Numbered from the stretch's first letter, positions 1-13,905 are shown. The stretch is DNA of 64,000 nucleotides from Harriotta raleighana (GCA_050575255.1 JBNZDD010013574.1:378244-442243), one strand, 5' to 3'. Program-made: numbers and translations. Notes: generated from the sequence alone by a model not told the origin.

Positions 1-445
1 ATGAGCTTTTCCAACAATCCTTCTCCAGAAGGCGGAAATTATAGCACTGTCTCTTGTGGACTTTGTTCTTCCTTTGATCATCATCGGTCGTCAGTCTGAA
101 CTCCTCACCAACGACAATTGTAAGCAGTTGTATATTTTTGTTGAAGAAAAACTTTCTGTGGCCCTGATTTGCCTCTTTGTTGAGGCTGTCCAGCTGTCCT
201 TTTGATGTGTTCACAAATCTATTCTGAAAATCCATCTGGATTGTTGAGGCATGCTCCAAATCAGTGACATGGCTTAGAGATGTGAAGGAGGCAACCTATG
301 TACTAACCTAACCAACTTAGGTACTTAGGCTTAGGTTCTATCCATTAGTTCTTGACAACTAACTGAGTAAAAGAACTTTATTAGGTTAGAATGCATTCAG
401 GAAGACTGCAGTTATTTTTATAACTCTTGTCACAATGTTTCTCAG

Positions 446-542
446 CTTGACTCAGTCAGTAGCACGCTTGCCTTTGAGTCAGAAGGTTGTAGGTTCAAGA
501 CTGACCCCGGGACTTTAAACTTATAGTGTAAGGCAGGCTGAG
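446..542 (+). mobile_element. Old tRNA-derived SINE head (SacSINE1/AmnSINE-like)
   Basis: A-box-like TGACTCAGTCAGTAG and B-box GGTTCAAGACT, with gagtcagaaggttgtaggttcaag typical of shark Deu-SINE heads. Confidence 0.55.
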
Positions 543-1424
543 TAAACAATTACAGATAATATTACTATACCTTGCATTTAAACAGTGACAGATGACTTTG
601 AATCATTTGGTCTCAATGGGATTTGGTAAGAACTCTAGGAATTAAATTCTGACCATCATTATACATATCACTTTGATATTAATAGTACTAATAAAATAAA
701 TAGATTATTATTGCTTTGATATTGGCCACTAATGGGATTTCCCCTCCATTTTAATCCCACATCGGCAAAACTACTACATATAATTTAGATGGAAATTTTA
801 ATCCGAACAATTTCAATTTACTGAAGTGGTTTAGGTACTAGCCATTAGTTCTAGTCAAATAACTAAGTAAAAGAACTTGATCAGGTTAGAATGCATTCAG
901 GACTGACTGCAGTTATTTTTACAACTCTTGTCACAATGTTTTCCGCATTATTAACAAAGCCACAGGTTTGGTGGACACCAGTTGAGAATGAAATGCTTTG
1001 CAGCAGCTGAATTAAGCGATTAAACTCATTACTTGTGTGTGATTTGCGACAAACTTGAATGGCGCTGCATCAAAGGTAAGGAATATTCTTATTACTCCAA
1101 ATGTGCAGCAGGTTTTTTTTATTAAACCAGTTGGCACGTTTCTCCCACGAAATACACAGTCAAACCACTTTATAATATATCCCGTGAAGCACTTTGAGAT
1201 GTTCCAATGGCATGATAAAGCTTTATGTTATATGCAAGGATGGTTAATATTTTCTTATCCTTTGTTTTTCAGGGATGCAGACGTCTTACCTGGAGAANAT
1301 ATTTTCTTATCCTTTGTTTTTCAGGGATGCAGACGGCTTTCCATGGACCCAACGGACACTCCATCCCCCATACTCCACACCCCCACCCCCACCCCACCCA
1401 CCCTGTCCTAGGCTCGGGTCTGAA

Positions 1425-1504
1425 GCAGTATCTGTCCCGCGCCTTGGGACGTCCTCCTGGCGTGAAAGGTGCTATACAAATGTAATTTTGTTGTTGTTGT
1501 TGTT
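1425..1504 (+). mobile_element. L2-clade LINE 3' end
   Basis: gcgccttgggacgtcctcctggcgtgaaaggtgctatacaaatg followed by (TTG)n, the same tail as the L2 fragment at 54591-55407. Confidence 0.7.
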
Positions 1505-4419
1505 TCCCTCCCACAGTCCCTTTTGGATTTCTCCGCCTTTCTCTTTCCTCAGAAAACGACCTCCGCTGGCAATGTGGGAGCCTGACTTTACACGTCTGAG
1601 CCAGGGATGGAAGGTTTCATTCCGTCTACTCCACACGCCACCTTCTGCCAGTTGTTTAGTTTAGCGATTTCTGTTACGTGTGCTCTATCTCCCAACACCG
1701 TCAGTTAAACAAAGATGCAAAGTAATTTGCTTTCCTCTTCCATTGAAACAGCTTTGGCAATGTTCAGCATATTTACCTGTAAAAACAAATGAAATGTAAT
1801 TCTATGCCAGACAAATTTTGGACGGACGGATTCTGCTGTTCAGCTCACTGTTGCGTAAACCGGTTAATTTAACAATGACTAAATAGCGAATGGCGTCCTT
1901 CGGTCTCCCACCGACCACCCATGGATTCAGTCACCAGTGACTCTTCCCATCTTACAGCTCCTCTAGCTAATTTTCTTCTGACTGACAGACAGGCAGTAAT
2001 ACACCTTATTACCTGTGACGCCCAACTTGTAATTTAACAATGAGCAAGCCAGTAACTATCTGAGGAATGCCTTTGAATTATGTCTCGGGATCTTTAACGT
2101 CACCCAAACAGTCAGACAAGACCTGGGTTTAGTGGCTCACTGGAAGGATGGCTATTCAAACAATACAACACAAATACAATTTAAAAAAATTAAATTTATA
2201 AAGCACTTTTCAAGTCAGACGGACACCCACCAAATCCCTAATTATAATTTCAAACCGCTGATGTGAGGACAGAACCAATAACAGTCTGAGTTAGAGCTGA
2301 AAGTGGTACTAACTGACCAGCAAGTTCTTGGGGGGCAAATAAAGACACCACTGATAATCTAACAGTGCTCCAGAAGGGATTAATAGATTGTTTGAGAGGT
2401 AGATGTCCAAGGAGATGGTACACTGAACCGAACACTACTGAAATATGGTGAACTCACTTCAATCAGAACCAGCACAAATGGGCCTGTGACTTTCTTTAAA
2501 CCACGTCAGTCTGTGGGTTTGAGTTTCCGATTAGCTCCGTGCCTTTTGTGGCATTCATTCTTGTGACTTCTCCCAGCGGTACGAGCAAGAGTTCAGCTGA
2601 CAGTGAGAGGCTGCCGTTACGTTCAATTAGCTACAGCGAGCGGAAACCTCACGACAAAATGCAGTGCGGGGGCTGAGGTGGACGCTGCCGAGAATGAACC
2701 AGAAGAAGCTTCGACATCGATCTGGTGGTAGTAACCTGGGAAAGACTTGTTGTTTGAAGCAAAATTGAGCCATAGCTGGTAAGTATTCCAAATGAGCTAG
2801 CAAATTACCGTGGAGGCTCAGGGAAACAGGCGACACAATTTGGCACGTTAGGGCAATTGGTTTCATTTCTCGAACGAAAAAAGAGCGATTGGGAGGCATG
2901 TCGAGAAGTTGGTGAGCGGTTATCAAAAAGGGATGGGCCTATTGCATTTAATGGCTTTTTCCTGTTCTACGCATTCCTGCGCATCAAGATTAAGGCGGTC
3001 ACGAAATGTATTTGTACCGTCTTACACCCCTAGAATTTTGTCCCGTTGACGCTGATAAAGGATCGGCAATGTTAGCCTCCTCAACATGTCCTCTGGCTCT
3101 GTTTCAACAAGTTCATTTTCTCATGGTTTTTTTTCTCTCTTGTCAACTGAGCTTAGCGTCATTCGTTAAGTCAGGGTCTGGTTTGTCTAAGCCGGAGTAA
3201 CCCAATTGGTGTTTAAAGGGCCCCATTTTTGATCAGGAAGAGCCAGAGGAACTTCTACATTTCCTGGACTAGGGTTTCAGACATACTTGTAGATGTCCAG
3301 AGATAAACAGATAAAACGGCCTGCACTTCTCGGTGAGTTTATTTCAACGTTTTGCTGTGTTTTCTCAACTGGGAAATTTTATGTGTTCTGCTGATACATG
3401 TCGGCTTGCTAGCTTAGCTCCTCTCAACTGAAAGCATTCTCAATGTCCCAGCATCGGGAGAACTATGTAGGTGCATCCAAACCACATAGTTTATCAAAGC
3501 ATTGTAACTTTAAGTAGAAGTGAGCTGGGTGAGGGGGGAGGAGGGGGAGAGAAAGAGAGAGAGAGAGAGAGATCGAGAGAAAATGACACCAATAAGTTGT
3601 TTAGTTTAAGAAATTCCTGAAATTCTCTGATGTTTCCACGTTAGAGCAGCAAACATTAACATTTTAAAAGCGATGTTTAGATAACTGAAAAAGGGAGTTC
3701 AAAGCAAAGTCCCAAAGCTTCGCTGGGAAACGAGTGAATAGTGGGGGGGGGAAAAAAAGTTTGGGTTTTGATTTTAAAAAGTTTAAACCAAAATTGCAAA
3801 TGCCACGACGTCTTTTCCTTAGACTGGATTTTTAAAAAAAAAACTTTTATTAGAGATTTAGAGACACCGGAATTTTTTCTTCAGGAGTCCAAGTTGTTGA
3901 TTTCCAGTAATTATGGAAGAGCTGTTTTGACGTTAATTGCACTCTGCCTTTGGGGGAAACAGTAATTAGACTGATCGTTCTTTCCATCGCATGTGAAAGC
4001 TTTGGCCGAGAGCCTGTGTGTGTGTGTGTGTCTCTGTGTGTGTGCAGTTTTAGTCCTGTGCATGAAGTGAGGTGGAAAGCAAAGGGATTAGAATGTGCGC
4101 TTGGCTGGAGGTTACATAGTATGGAGCAATGGAATCATTACCAAATTGACATCCAATACAGCCAGCCCCTCGCAAGTCTTGGCTCTTCCAAAAGCACTAA
4201 ACAAGGCCAGAGGAGCAGGAGGGATACGGATTGAAGAGGCTAAACACACAACAACGGACTCAGGAATCCGCTTGCAGACTGAGCTGAGGAGAAAGTGTGG
4301 TTGGGCAGGAGGTAGCTTAATGCAATACGCATCAGTTACCCCCCCAACACATAGCCAGGAGATTTTAGCAAAGCAACAGCAAGAATATTAGCAAGAACAT
4401 TAACGTTGAGCTCAAAAGT

Positions 4420-4432
4420 CACTCAGGTAAGT
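4420..4432 (+). other. Candidate splice donor of a non-coding first exon of the long isoform
   Basis: Perfect CAG|GTAAGT at 4427 in unique sequence upstream of the 11777 acceptor. A weaker candidate, CG|GTGAGT, lies at 3333. Confidence 0.25.
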
Positions 4433-5321
4433 CAACCCCTGGTTTCCTAGCAGTTTGAGGTCTCTTATTAACTTCTGCTCAACTTGAGATGGCAATAGTG
4501 TGTGTGTGTGTGGGGGGGGTGGGGGAACTGTGGGTGGGGAAGAGAGGGAATGACACCCTTCAAAAAAACATTGTTCCTCTGATATGTTATTTGTAAAAAG
4601 TTCGCCTTTCTTTGGAAAGCGCAGTGAATACTAAGTAATCTTTGTTACTCGGTTAACAGATGTCTTCCGGGGTGGGGGGAAGGTAAAAACATTTGGTTTC
4701 TCAACTTTCCGTGCGACTGCCGCGTTTCGCCCACAAAATATACAGTCAATCCATTTTGCGATATAGTCCGTGAAGCACTTTGAGACGTCTCAATGAGGCG
4801 ATAAGATGCCATATCAAATGCAAGCATGATTTATCCTGATTATAATGTGAAAATGTGTCATTGTATGCTCTGTGCATTTTGAAAAAGGGGTGCAGATTTC
4901 ATTTCCCACTCTGCCTGTAGGTTTGTAGTAGTGAGCTACTGAACACTTTTACATTGTTTATTCCCTCTAATTTCACTTTATCTTGTTTTAAAGTGAAGCG
5001 AACTTTCACTGATTTCCAGTCTTTGCTTAGCTGGAATTTTAAAAAAANACATTGTTTATTCCCTCTAATTTCACTTTATCTTGTTTTAAAGTGAAGCGAA
5101 CTTTCACTGATTTCCAGTCTTTGCTTAGCTGGAATTTAAAAAAAAAACATAACGAATAAGGGTTTCAATTTCTACACATAATATTTAACAAAATGGACTG
5201 AATGTCAAACCTGTATGAAGGATCGTGGCCTGTGTTACAATTAATTAGATTTTTCTGACTACATCTGGATTGGTACGTATTGTATTTAAAACCCTCTTGT
5301 TTTTTTGGTCGGCTCTTTTGA

Positions 5322-5660
5322 AATAATAATAATAATACTAATCCTTGCGCTTGATATAGTGTTTTTCATGTCTTCTAGACGTCTCAAAGTGCTTCACAGT
5401 AAAGTGAATTGACTAGATTTTGCTTGCAAAAATGTGGCAGCCAATTGCGCACAGCAGCGANTCTGGATTGGTACGTATTGTATTTAAAACCCTCTTGTTT
5501 TTTTGGTCGGCTCTTTTGAAATAATAATAATAATCCTTGCGCTTGATATAGTGTTTTTCATGTCTTCTAGACGTCTCAAAGTGCTTCACAGTAAAGTGAG
5601 TTGACTAGATTTTGCTTGCAAAAATGCGGCAGCCAATTGCGCACAGCAGCGTCCCACAAA
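5322..5660 (-). mobile_element. SINE 3' half, duplicated across the gap base at 5461
   Basis: Reverse of the SINE tail and core (ggcagccaattgcgcacagcagcg). Confidence 0.8.
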
Positions 5661-6380
5661 CTGGAAATGTACATATTTCCAGTTACAATATGCGTTTTGT
5701 TTTCAAAACTTTTCCCTGTTGTGCTTTTGGATTTCGTACGTGACATTACACTGTCATGTGGGGCAGCCATAACAGACTGCAGGCTAAATACCAGCTGGAA
5801 GTATAAAGGAACATAGGTGAGCTCGGAAATACACAATGAAATTTGGAAAGTTTTCATACAGCTGTATGTCCACTGAAAACACAACAGACCATAGCAGCGG
5901 TGAATCAGTCTGCATCGCTAAATGTATCCCACACCCAAGCTCACACCACTTCAATTAAGTAACTTTCAAAGACTGGAATAAAAAAAGATGAAAGATGTTG
6001 GAAACTGACATTTCTCATCTGTCTCTCTCTCTCTCTCTCTCTCATCGATGGGCAAACAATCTGAATAACACTTCTCTGCTCCTGTGCCCTATAAATAGTG
6101 TTAACTGCTGGGTTTTTGCTGTGTAAATAGTAAAGCACCAGTTGCTTGTGTGTGATTCAGTCAGGTCAGCGACCATGAACAAAACCCATAATACTGGCAA
6201 TACCCGTCATCTATTTACCTTGTGATCCATTGTAGCTTTGTCAATGTCTGCCTGTCTGTGTTGCATTGCTGGCTCATAATAATAATAATACTAGCATTTG
6301 ATATTATGCCTTATCCTGTCGTTGAGACATCTCAAAGCATTTCACAGAATATACTGGGAAGTTTATTGACTGACTACTTT

Positions 6381-6717
6381 AATAATAATATAATAATAAT
6401 AATCCTTGCATTTCATAAAGCGCTTTTCACATCTTATCGACGTCTCAAAGCGCTTCACAGAATATACTGTAAAGTGAATTGACTGTCTCTTTGAGGGCGA
6501 AACATGGCAGCTAATTGCGCACAGCAGCGTCCCCCACAAATAGTCGTGGATTGAAATGACCGATTTTATTATTGTGTGTTTTTTTGAGGGATTATTATTA
6601 GGCTTGTGTGTGGAGTAAGGAAACTTGCCCAAGGTTTCCCCCTGACTGCCTGGATTTGAACACAGGTCCCTCGCTTGTAAGGCAAGTGCTCTAACCACTG
6701 AGCCACAGGAGCTCCAC
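6381..6717 (-). mobile_element. Full-length tRNA-derived Deu-core SINE (SINE2-1_CM-like)
   Basis: tRNA-like head (GTGGCTCAGTGGTTAGAGCACTTGCCTTACAAG...GTTCAAATCC), Deu-like core GCTGTGCGCAATTAGCTGCC, L2-like tail ending in (ATT)n. Confidence 0.9.
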
Positions 6718-8257
6718 CTTATAGGCATAATCATAATAATAATAAATCTGCTGCAGACATTGGGACACATTCACAGACAGGTTTCCCTGTGCCTGCCTGG
6801 ATGTAGGATTAACTTTTCCTCCCTCCACCCCCCCCCCCCAACACCCACCTACCCCCTTCAATGATTGTGTTGGTGTGTGGCTGAGCCTACGTGCGCTCAC
6901 AGCACAGTGATTACTAACATGTGACAAAATCGGAAGTTTATATTGCAATGACAACATCGCAAAAGGAAGACATCTGATGGGAGGACAGATTTGCCGGCTG
7001 GTACCCCTCCCTTGCAGTTCACATCAGCCAAAAACATCCAATTATTCATCAGGCTGGGATTTAGTTCCGAGCTACCCTAAACCTAGCATCCATTTTACAC
7101 CTTTTTCGCAGAGCTACAATTATACAACCCTTCCTTTGTCGTTGTATAATAATAATAATAATAATATTAATCATTACATTTCATTGAGATGTCTCAAAGC
7201 ACTCCACAAAAGCATTTCAGTCAATTGACTGAATTGAATATACTGTAAAGCGAATATATTTTGTGGGGGCAATATGCAGTAATTTTGCTGCGTACATCTC
7301 ACAGGAACTTACTCCCAAATAGAACGAGTGTGTGCTTTGTGAGTGTGTACGCCGACACTCCACAGTAGAATATCCCGCAAAGCACCTTTAAGATGTCCCT
7401 TGAAAGACACTGAAAATGTCCCTTGAAAATGTGAGGAATATTTATTTATTCATTCATGATAAGTCTCTCTTTGCAAGTCTCAAAAGAGCTGCAAATGCTC
7501 AGAGTAGAGCATATCTCAGCCACCCGATTGTCTATGTGCCTGCAGGGCTTTCAGGCACATCATTAAATCAGACTGACCTTTGCTGGAGACAAAATTCATA
7601 TGAATAATATTCCACAAACTGCAGCAAAGAGCCATATTGCTACTCTGTGAACCCGCTCTCAGCAGCAGTTAATACACCGTCTATCACGTGGCAGATCTCC
7701 GCGTCTTGTAAATAATCAGATTTTCTGCCGAGTCAGCAAAACTCGCCCAAACCTGTGACTTAATCTCATTCGACATTGCTTTCTTAAAAAATATCATTCT
7801 GTACCGAATAGGCCTTGGCTCCTCACCAGTGCTTTGTGAAGCTGGGATGAGCCACAATGTATGAAGAATATGAACTGACAGGCTCTTTAAAACCATCCCG
7901 ATCCAAACAGGACATTGTCTGCTCAGCGCATTGCGTTAAATAAATGTCCGCTTCTCTGCAGCTGTAGGGGCAATGCTTCATTCCCAGTAATTTCACCCTG
8001 TTTAGCCGCGACATAAGGCCTTTGCCAACTCTATTTCCAGCTATTGCATGTTACCAGCTATTGCATGTGAAAGCAGTGGACTTTAGCTTCAATCTACTGT
8101 GAGATGACAATCTACCACAACCCTGTCTTAAATAGGAATCTCACTGAATGGTGTATGTGGAGCTGGGGGTGTGCGGGGGGGTAAGGGGGAAGAGATGATC
8201 TGCAGTGTCTACCTGCTCAAGTGGCACTGTTCGAAAAGTGAAGGAACATTCTGTAAA

Positions 8258-8498
8258 ATTATTTTACTGTATACAGTATATTGTGGGTGAACGCGGCAGC
8301 CAATTGCGCACAGCAGTGTCCCACAAACAGTCATGGATTGAGAATGGCCAATTTTTTATTATTCGTGTTTTTTTTTGGGGACGGATTATTATTAGGCATG
8401 TGGAGCAAGGAAACTTGCCCAAGGTTTTGCCCTGATCTTCCTGGATTCGAACACAGGTCTCGCGCTTGTAACTCTAACCACTGAGCTACAGGAACTTC
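8258..8498 (-). mobile_element. SINE copy, same family
   Basis: Core and head match the 6381-6717 copy. Confidence 0.85.
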
Positions 8499-8984
8499 GC
8501 ATGTAACGCCTTATCAAGTATTTGAGATGTCTCAAAGCGCTTCACAGAATATACTGTGAAGTATATTGAAGCGCGACTGTATAGTATAGTGTGCGGGCAA
8601 AAATGCGAAGAAAAAAATTAATTGGGGGATTCTTGATAAGGAATCGCACAAGATAAATCCCAACAATTGAAAAACTACTTGAAGCACAGATCCGGTTACG
8701 TAAGAGGTTGTCTTCTGGAAGTTTTGAGCTGCCTTGGCCTGCGTCTTTCTCCCTCCTCCCTTTTGGAATCCGTAAGCTTTGAACAACTCCCAGTTTGGAG
8801 TTGTCGAGTCGTTCATCAGGTGTGTCAAAACATAATTAGAATTTAACCAGCGTGTTAATTGCCTTTGCCGTCGATTTCACGGTTGTGGAATGACTCACAA
8901 AGCAAGCAGAGTTGCATGAATAGAATACACGATCCAGTGAGGCTTGCTGTCTCTCTCTGCTCTTCACAGAGTAAAAACCCAGTT

Positions 8985-9015
<31 letters not shown>

Positions 9016-9037
9016 ATAATGCAGATAATTAATCTGC

Positions 9038-9352
9038 AATAATAATAATCCTTGCATTTGATATCGCGTTTTTCACGTCTTCTAAACGTCTCAGAGCACT
9101 TCACAGAATATACTGTAAGGTGAATTGACTGCCTATATGCGGGTGAAACGCGGCAGCCAATTGCGCACAGCAGCGTCCCCACAAACAGACATGAATTGAA
9201 ATGACCAATTTTCTTATTGTGTTTATTTTTGGAGGGATTATTATTAGGTGTGTGTGTGTGTGTGTGGAATAAGGAAACTTGCCCAAGGTTTCGCCCTGAC
9301 CTGCCTGGATTCGCACAAAGATCTCACACTTGTAAGGCAAGTGTTCTAACCA
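9038..9352 (-). mobile_element. SINE copy, same family, with internal (CA)n expansion
   Basis: Tail, core and most of the head are present. Confidence 0.9.
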
Positions 9353-10186
9353 TTGATTGTTTTAATGGATCAGCGGCTCGATTAAAAAAAAAAATCACAA
9401 CATTAGAGGTTGGAATAAACTTACTGGAAGTTGCAACGAACTGATTTTGCATGTCGAGACAAGTCAGAATAAACTAGTGAAAAGGAGTTAGTTTGTTGGA
9501 CGGAAAGTGATTGAAGTTATGCTGTAAATAGAGTTGCCACAGACTCAACAGTGGAGAAGATTTGATGTGTTTGCTCCTGTCCCCATTGTATAAACCTAGA
9601 TAGACTTCACCAGGTAGCACTACAGTGGAATTTAAACGTGCTTGTCAAACTCGCTGAGATAATTTGTCAGAAAATGTATATACAGCATATGTCAAGCTGT
9701 TTTGACAGCAACGTTTGACTGTTTGCTGCAATAAAATGCACAATCACCGCACTTTGCAGTAAATCCCACCAGTCGTTTTTGGAGATGCCCTCCCTCCCGA
9801 TGTGAATATGGCGTTACATCGATTATTATTATTATTAATTATTATTTATCACGTTAACTTTGAAAAAAGAGGGAATGGATAATCTTGAGTTGCAGCCATG
9901 CAAGAGATCATAAGGAACTGTTAAATTAGATTTATTTGGTGTGACAGGTCTCGGGATTACTCGCTCAACGCATTTTAGCAACCCCCATGTGCGCCATTCT
10001 CAAGTGCTTGGAGTCTGGCAATACATAAGAGCTGCTTTTCGTATCTGATCACAGGCTTGGTCAGGTTCTGCTCCACCTTTGTGGAAACAAAAGGCCTTTG
10101 GTGTTTGAAACTTAATGGCTTAGAAATGCTGAAAGCGCTTCAACACATTAGGAGAATACTCTCTGCAGTGGAAGCCCTTGGAACGT

Positions 10187-10482
10187 GATAATAATAATCC
10201 TTGCATTTGATATCAGCGCGTATTACGTCTTCTAGACGTCTCAAAAGCGCTTCACAGACTATACTGTAAAGTGAATTGACTGTGTATTTGTGGGCGAAAC
10301 GTGGCAGCCAATTGCGCACAAGCAGCGTCCCCACAAACAGTCATGGATTCAAATGACCAATTTTCTTATTGTTTTTGTTGAGGGATTATTATGAGGCGTG
10401 TGGAGAAAGGAAACTTGCCCAAGGTTTCGCCCTGCCATGCCTGGATTCGAACACAGGTCTCACTGAGCTACAGGAGCTCCAC
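10187..10482 (-). mobile_element. SINE copy, same family, with a deletion in the tRNA head
   Basis: Tail and core are present; the head lacks the anticodon-arm segment. Confidence 0.9.
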
Positions 10483-11415
10483 GTGGACAATATCTAACAA
10501 TTAATATGGGTGGGGGGTCTCAGAGGAACGTTTTTACACATTGTTGTTCGCACAGCTTGTGATGACGGTACGTAAATGTACGCCTGCTTAGGTGTACGTG
10601 TGTGTGTGTGTGTGTGTGCATAGCGTAAGTGAATCATTGCACCAACCACCAGTCTTGTTGTGTAACAAGACTGATTGTAGCACTGTTGGTTTCCAGAGCT
10701 CAATTGCTTCAACTTGAGAGAAACGATTTTCAAGGCCACACTTCATCATAGATTTTGTTGGGTGGGTGGGGATGTTGTCAGCCGGCTGTCTGACGCACTC
10801 GGAAACCCATAACCATGTTTAAGATTCACCGAACCAGACGAGCCACATTTGCCACCTTCATATGGCAACTTGTATGTCTGGAATGGAATACAGTTTGGCA
10901 AGAGCCAGGATCAAATGTTTGCAACAGATTCAGGCCAAAGGTGCTGTATGGAGAAGCCATATGAGCTGTAATGCTGACAGTACATACAATACATTTGTAA
11001 CATCCAAATTGCAATGTACGTTTCTCCTCCAATGAAGAACACAAGATTATTTTTGATTCTCTCTCTCTCTCTCTCTCGCAGACACACACTGTTCATCTCC
11101 TCCGGCTATCTGAGTTTCGAATGTTAATTATATTTTAGGAACACCCAGTTGCATTGTGCAATCAATACGCAGTTGCATATTTGCCCACAGGCTTTGTCTG
11201 GATGTGGATTTCCATTTCCATACCAATCTTTTCCTATCAGCGAAGGACTTGAGGTATGGCAGTGATTAATAACGGGGCAACAATGAACCTGATGTCTGGG
11301 TTATTCTAAAGATTAAAAACACCCATTCATTTAGCATTGATCAGCAGTCTTCAGCGAGTCGAATGATGAAATGGTGTAAATTAAGTTGAGTGGATTTTTA
11401 TATTAGCTCAACACG

Positions 11416-11720
11416 AGTCCTGTAGCTCAGTGGTTAGAGCACTCGCCTTACAAGTGTGAAACCTGTGTTCGAATCCAGGCAGGTCAGAGTGAAACCTTGG
11501 GCAAGTTTCTTTACTCCACACGCCTAATAATAATCCCTCCAAAAAAAAACCCCCAATAAAATTGGTCATTTCAATCCTCGACTAGGAAATTGCTGTGCAC
11601 AATTGGCTGCAGAGTTTCGCCCACAAGTATACAGTCAATTCACTTTACAGTATATTCTGTGAAGCGCTTCGAGACGTCTAGAAGACGTGAAAAGCACTAT
11701 ATCAAATGCAAGAATTAATA
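11416..11720 (+). mobile_element. Full-length SINE ending ~55 nt before the 11777 acceptor
   Basis: tcctgtagctcagtggttagagcactcgccttacaag...gtgaaaagcactatatcaaatgcaag. Confidence 0.9.
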
Positions 11721-11776
11721 TTCCTCTTAATATTCTGCACCATTTTCAAATGAAGTGCGTTTTCTTGTTTCTGCAG

Positions 11777-13455
11777 AGACCTACCCGGGCGGAGGCTGCT
11801 GTTTCCAGGTCACGACGCTTGCTAAACGTTCTGATCAATGGCAGGAGAATGAAACTATGGAAAGCCCTCTCCGCGACCCGAGGAGCCGAGATTGCCTTTC
11901 CAACGGATGTGTGAGGAAGGCTCCGGGCATCGCGGACAACGCCGACGCAATGAGGTTCCAGGTATTGAACCCGTACCAGTCCAGGTTCAACACCGAGGAC
12001 CCCGTCATTGACTCCGACGACAAATCCAGGACCTCGAAATTCCTCAGGTTCTTCTTCAAAACAAGCGGGGCCGCGGGCTACGAGAAAAGGCCCCATTCGA
12101 TGATGGTTTTCGGGGAGGCTCCCAAACAGAAGTCAAAATTGTCCTTCCTGGACAGGCTGAGGTCTCTGAAACGACTGAAGTCCGCAGCCTTCTTCAGATT
12201 ACGATCGGCCAAAACCCCCAAGTGCAAGACCCACTCAGATTTTTGGAGCAGCGATCAGGAAGAGATGCCAAACGGGATCTTTACATCCAAGTCCGTGCTG
12301 GATAAACGGACGTTTAGACACACATATTCCGGGGAATTAAAGGACTTTGATTCAGTCGGAGGCGTGAATCTAATGGGCAACGCTCCAGAGGCGATCAGCA
12401 GTGAGGACTCTGAGGTCGAGGAGTTTAACAAAAGGTGGAAAAATGGCCAGTTATGCCTCAAGGATTCAAACGGAGGAATGATGGACTCCAACATTCCCTT
12501 CTGTGCCTCCCTCTCAGTGTTCCAGGAGGGCGCTCGCAACAAGTACACAAAGTTTCCGCAAGAGTGTCGGAAGAGCAGGAAAAGTGATCTTTTAAATTAC
12601 CTGAAAAGGATTTCACTCAAAAAGCCACTCAGTGCAGATGTTGCCGATGAGAAGTCGGACAATGGTGACGACCGGGGCTCGGACGGGACGGTGGCCGATT
12701 CTTCCATCGGACAACCCGAGGCCAAATTCAACGCCACGAGGGATGGGAAGAACTTGTCGAAGGTTATCGATTTCAGCAACGTCTTTAAACTCATTAGCAG
12801 AGCCAGCAAGCAGAGGAACTATTCTGATGTCTTATCACGGTTCGAGGAGACACCTGCACCGAAACCGAGGAAAGAGCACGGTCTTCAGGGAATACCCATC
12901 CATTCCCAAGCTGGGACTGGGAATTGTATCTTGCTGTCTCGGTCATCTCTCAACCCAGATTCTGGGACGTTCGACCGCTTTACTCCGTCCATTCCTACAG
13001 AAAGCAAAAGCTCCAAGGAAATCACCAGGGCTGAAATCTCAGTGTGGAGACAGAACCCTGAGCTGTCTGACTCGCTCAGGCCCAGCGCCTTCTCTTCTGA
13101 CAAGCCTAGCGCTCCCGATGTAATTCCAACGATGTCCTCTTTGGATTGCCCCGGCAGCGAGAGTAGGGTCGATCCCCAAGTTGCGAACACGAGAGCGAGA
13201 TACGAGGCTACTACGCCGACGTATTTTCGTGCCGCCGCAAAGACAAGTGAGGTGCCAATTCGCATCGAATCGACCTTCAAGTCGGCAGGCGATACACAGC
13301 GTTCCTGTGCTGTAGCCAAGCAAGGGTTCGCCAGTCCAACAATGGAACAGATAGAGACTGAGCCCCAAAAGACTCTGAAAGTCAGTCCGATTAGCAGCCA
13401 AACCCAGACCAGCCTTTGCCCAGCCTTACTCCAGAGTGAAGAAAAGAGAGACCAG
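11777..13455 (+). CDS. ARHGEF9: Large internal exon of the long ARHGEF9 isoform, encoding an ASEF/SPATA13-like N-terminal region (likely ATG at 11857; 533 codons to the donor)
   Basis: 580-codon open frame. Acceptor tttcttgtttctgcag|11777, Kozak-like ACTATGG at 11857, phase-0 donor CAG|GTAAGA at 13456. Motifs RPHSMMVFG, SLKRLKS, RKSRKSDLLNYLKRISLKK and DFSNVFKLIS resemble SPATA13 long-isoform motifs as recalled (RPHSMVLVG, SFKKLKS, RRSKSTDNLAFLKKSSFKR, DFDRVFKLVS). Confidence 0.85.
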
Positions 13456-13586
13456 GTAAGAAACAGACCTGCAGGGGCAAGCACATGTGAGAGATAAAAG
13501 AATGTATATCAATTCGTAAAATGCCATAGGTTGTTCTCCCCCCAAATTTATAGGGCATTCTGCTTTCTTGCTCATCTATGTATAGT

Positions 13587-13905
13587 GATCCTGTAGCTCA
13601 GTGGTTAGAGCAATCGCCTTTCGAGAGTGAGACCTGTGTTCGAATCCAGGCAGAGCAGGGCGAAACCTTGGGCAAGTTTCCTTACACCACACACGCGCCT
13701 AATAGTAATCCGTCCAAAAAATCCCACAATAATAAAAAAATTGGTCATTTCAATCCACGACTGTTTGTGGGGACACTGTTGTGTGCAATTGCCTGCTGTG
13801 TTTCGCCCACAAATATACAATCAATTCACTTTACAGTATATTCTGTGAAGCGCTTTGAGATGTCGATAAGATGTGAAAAGCACTATACCAAATGCAAGAA
13901 TTATT
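13587..13905 (+). mobile_element. Full-length SINE
   Basis: Head, core and tail match the family. Confidence 0.9.

Noticed and set aside
1-235. Minus-strand frame MDFQNRFVNTSKGQLD... open to the window edge (78 codons)
   Set aside because: No recognisable homology, and a frame this long can arise by chance; it cannot be judged without the flanking sequence.
11416-11490. tRNA-Val(TAC)-like sequence (also at the head of each full-length SINE)
   Set aside because: It always continues into the SINE core and tail and the acceptor stem is not intact, so it is a SINE head and not a tRNA gene.
12885-13484. 199-aa and other antisense or overlapping ORFs over the large exon
   Set aside because: Shadow frames of a GC-richer coding exon, with no recognisable motifs.
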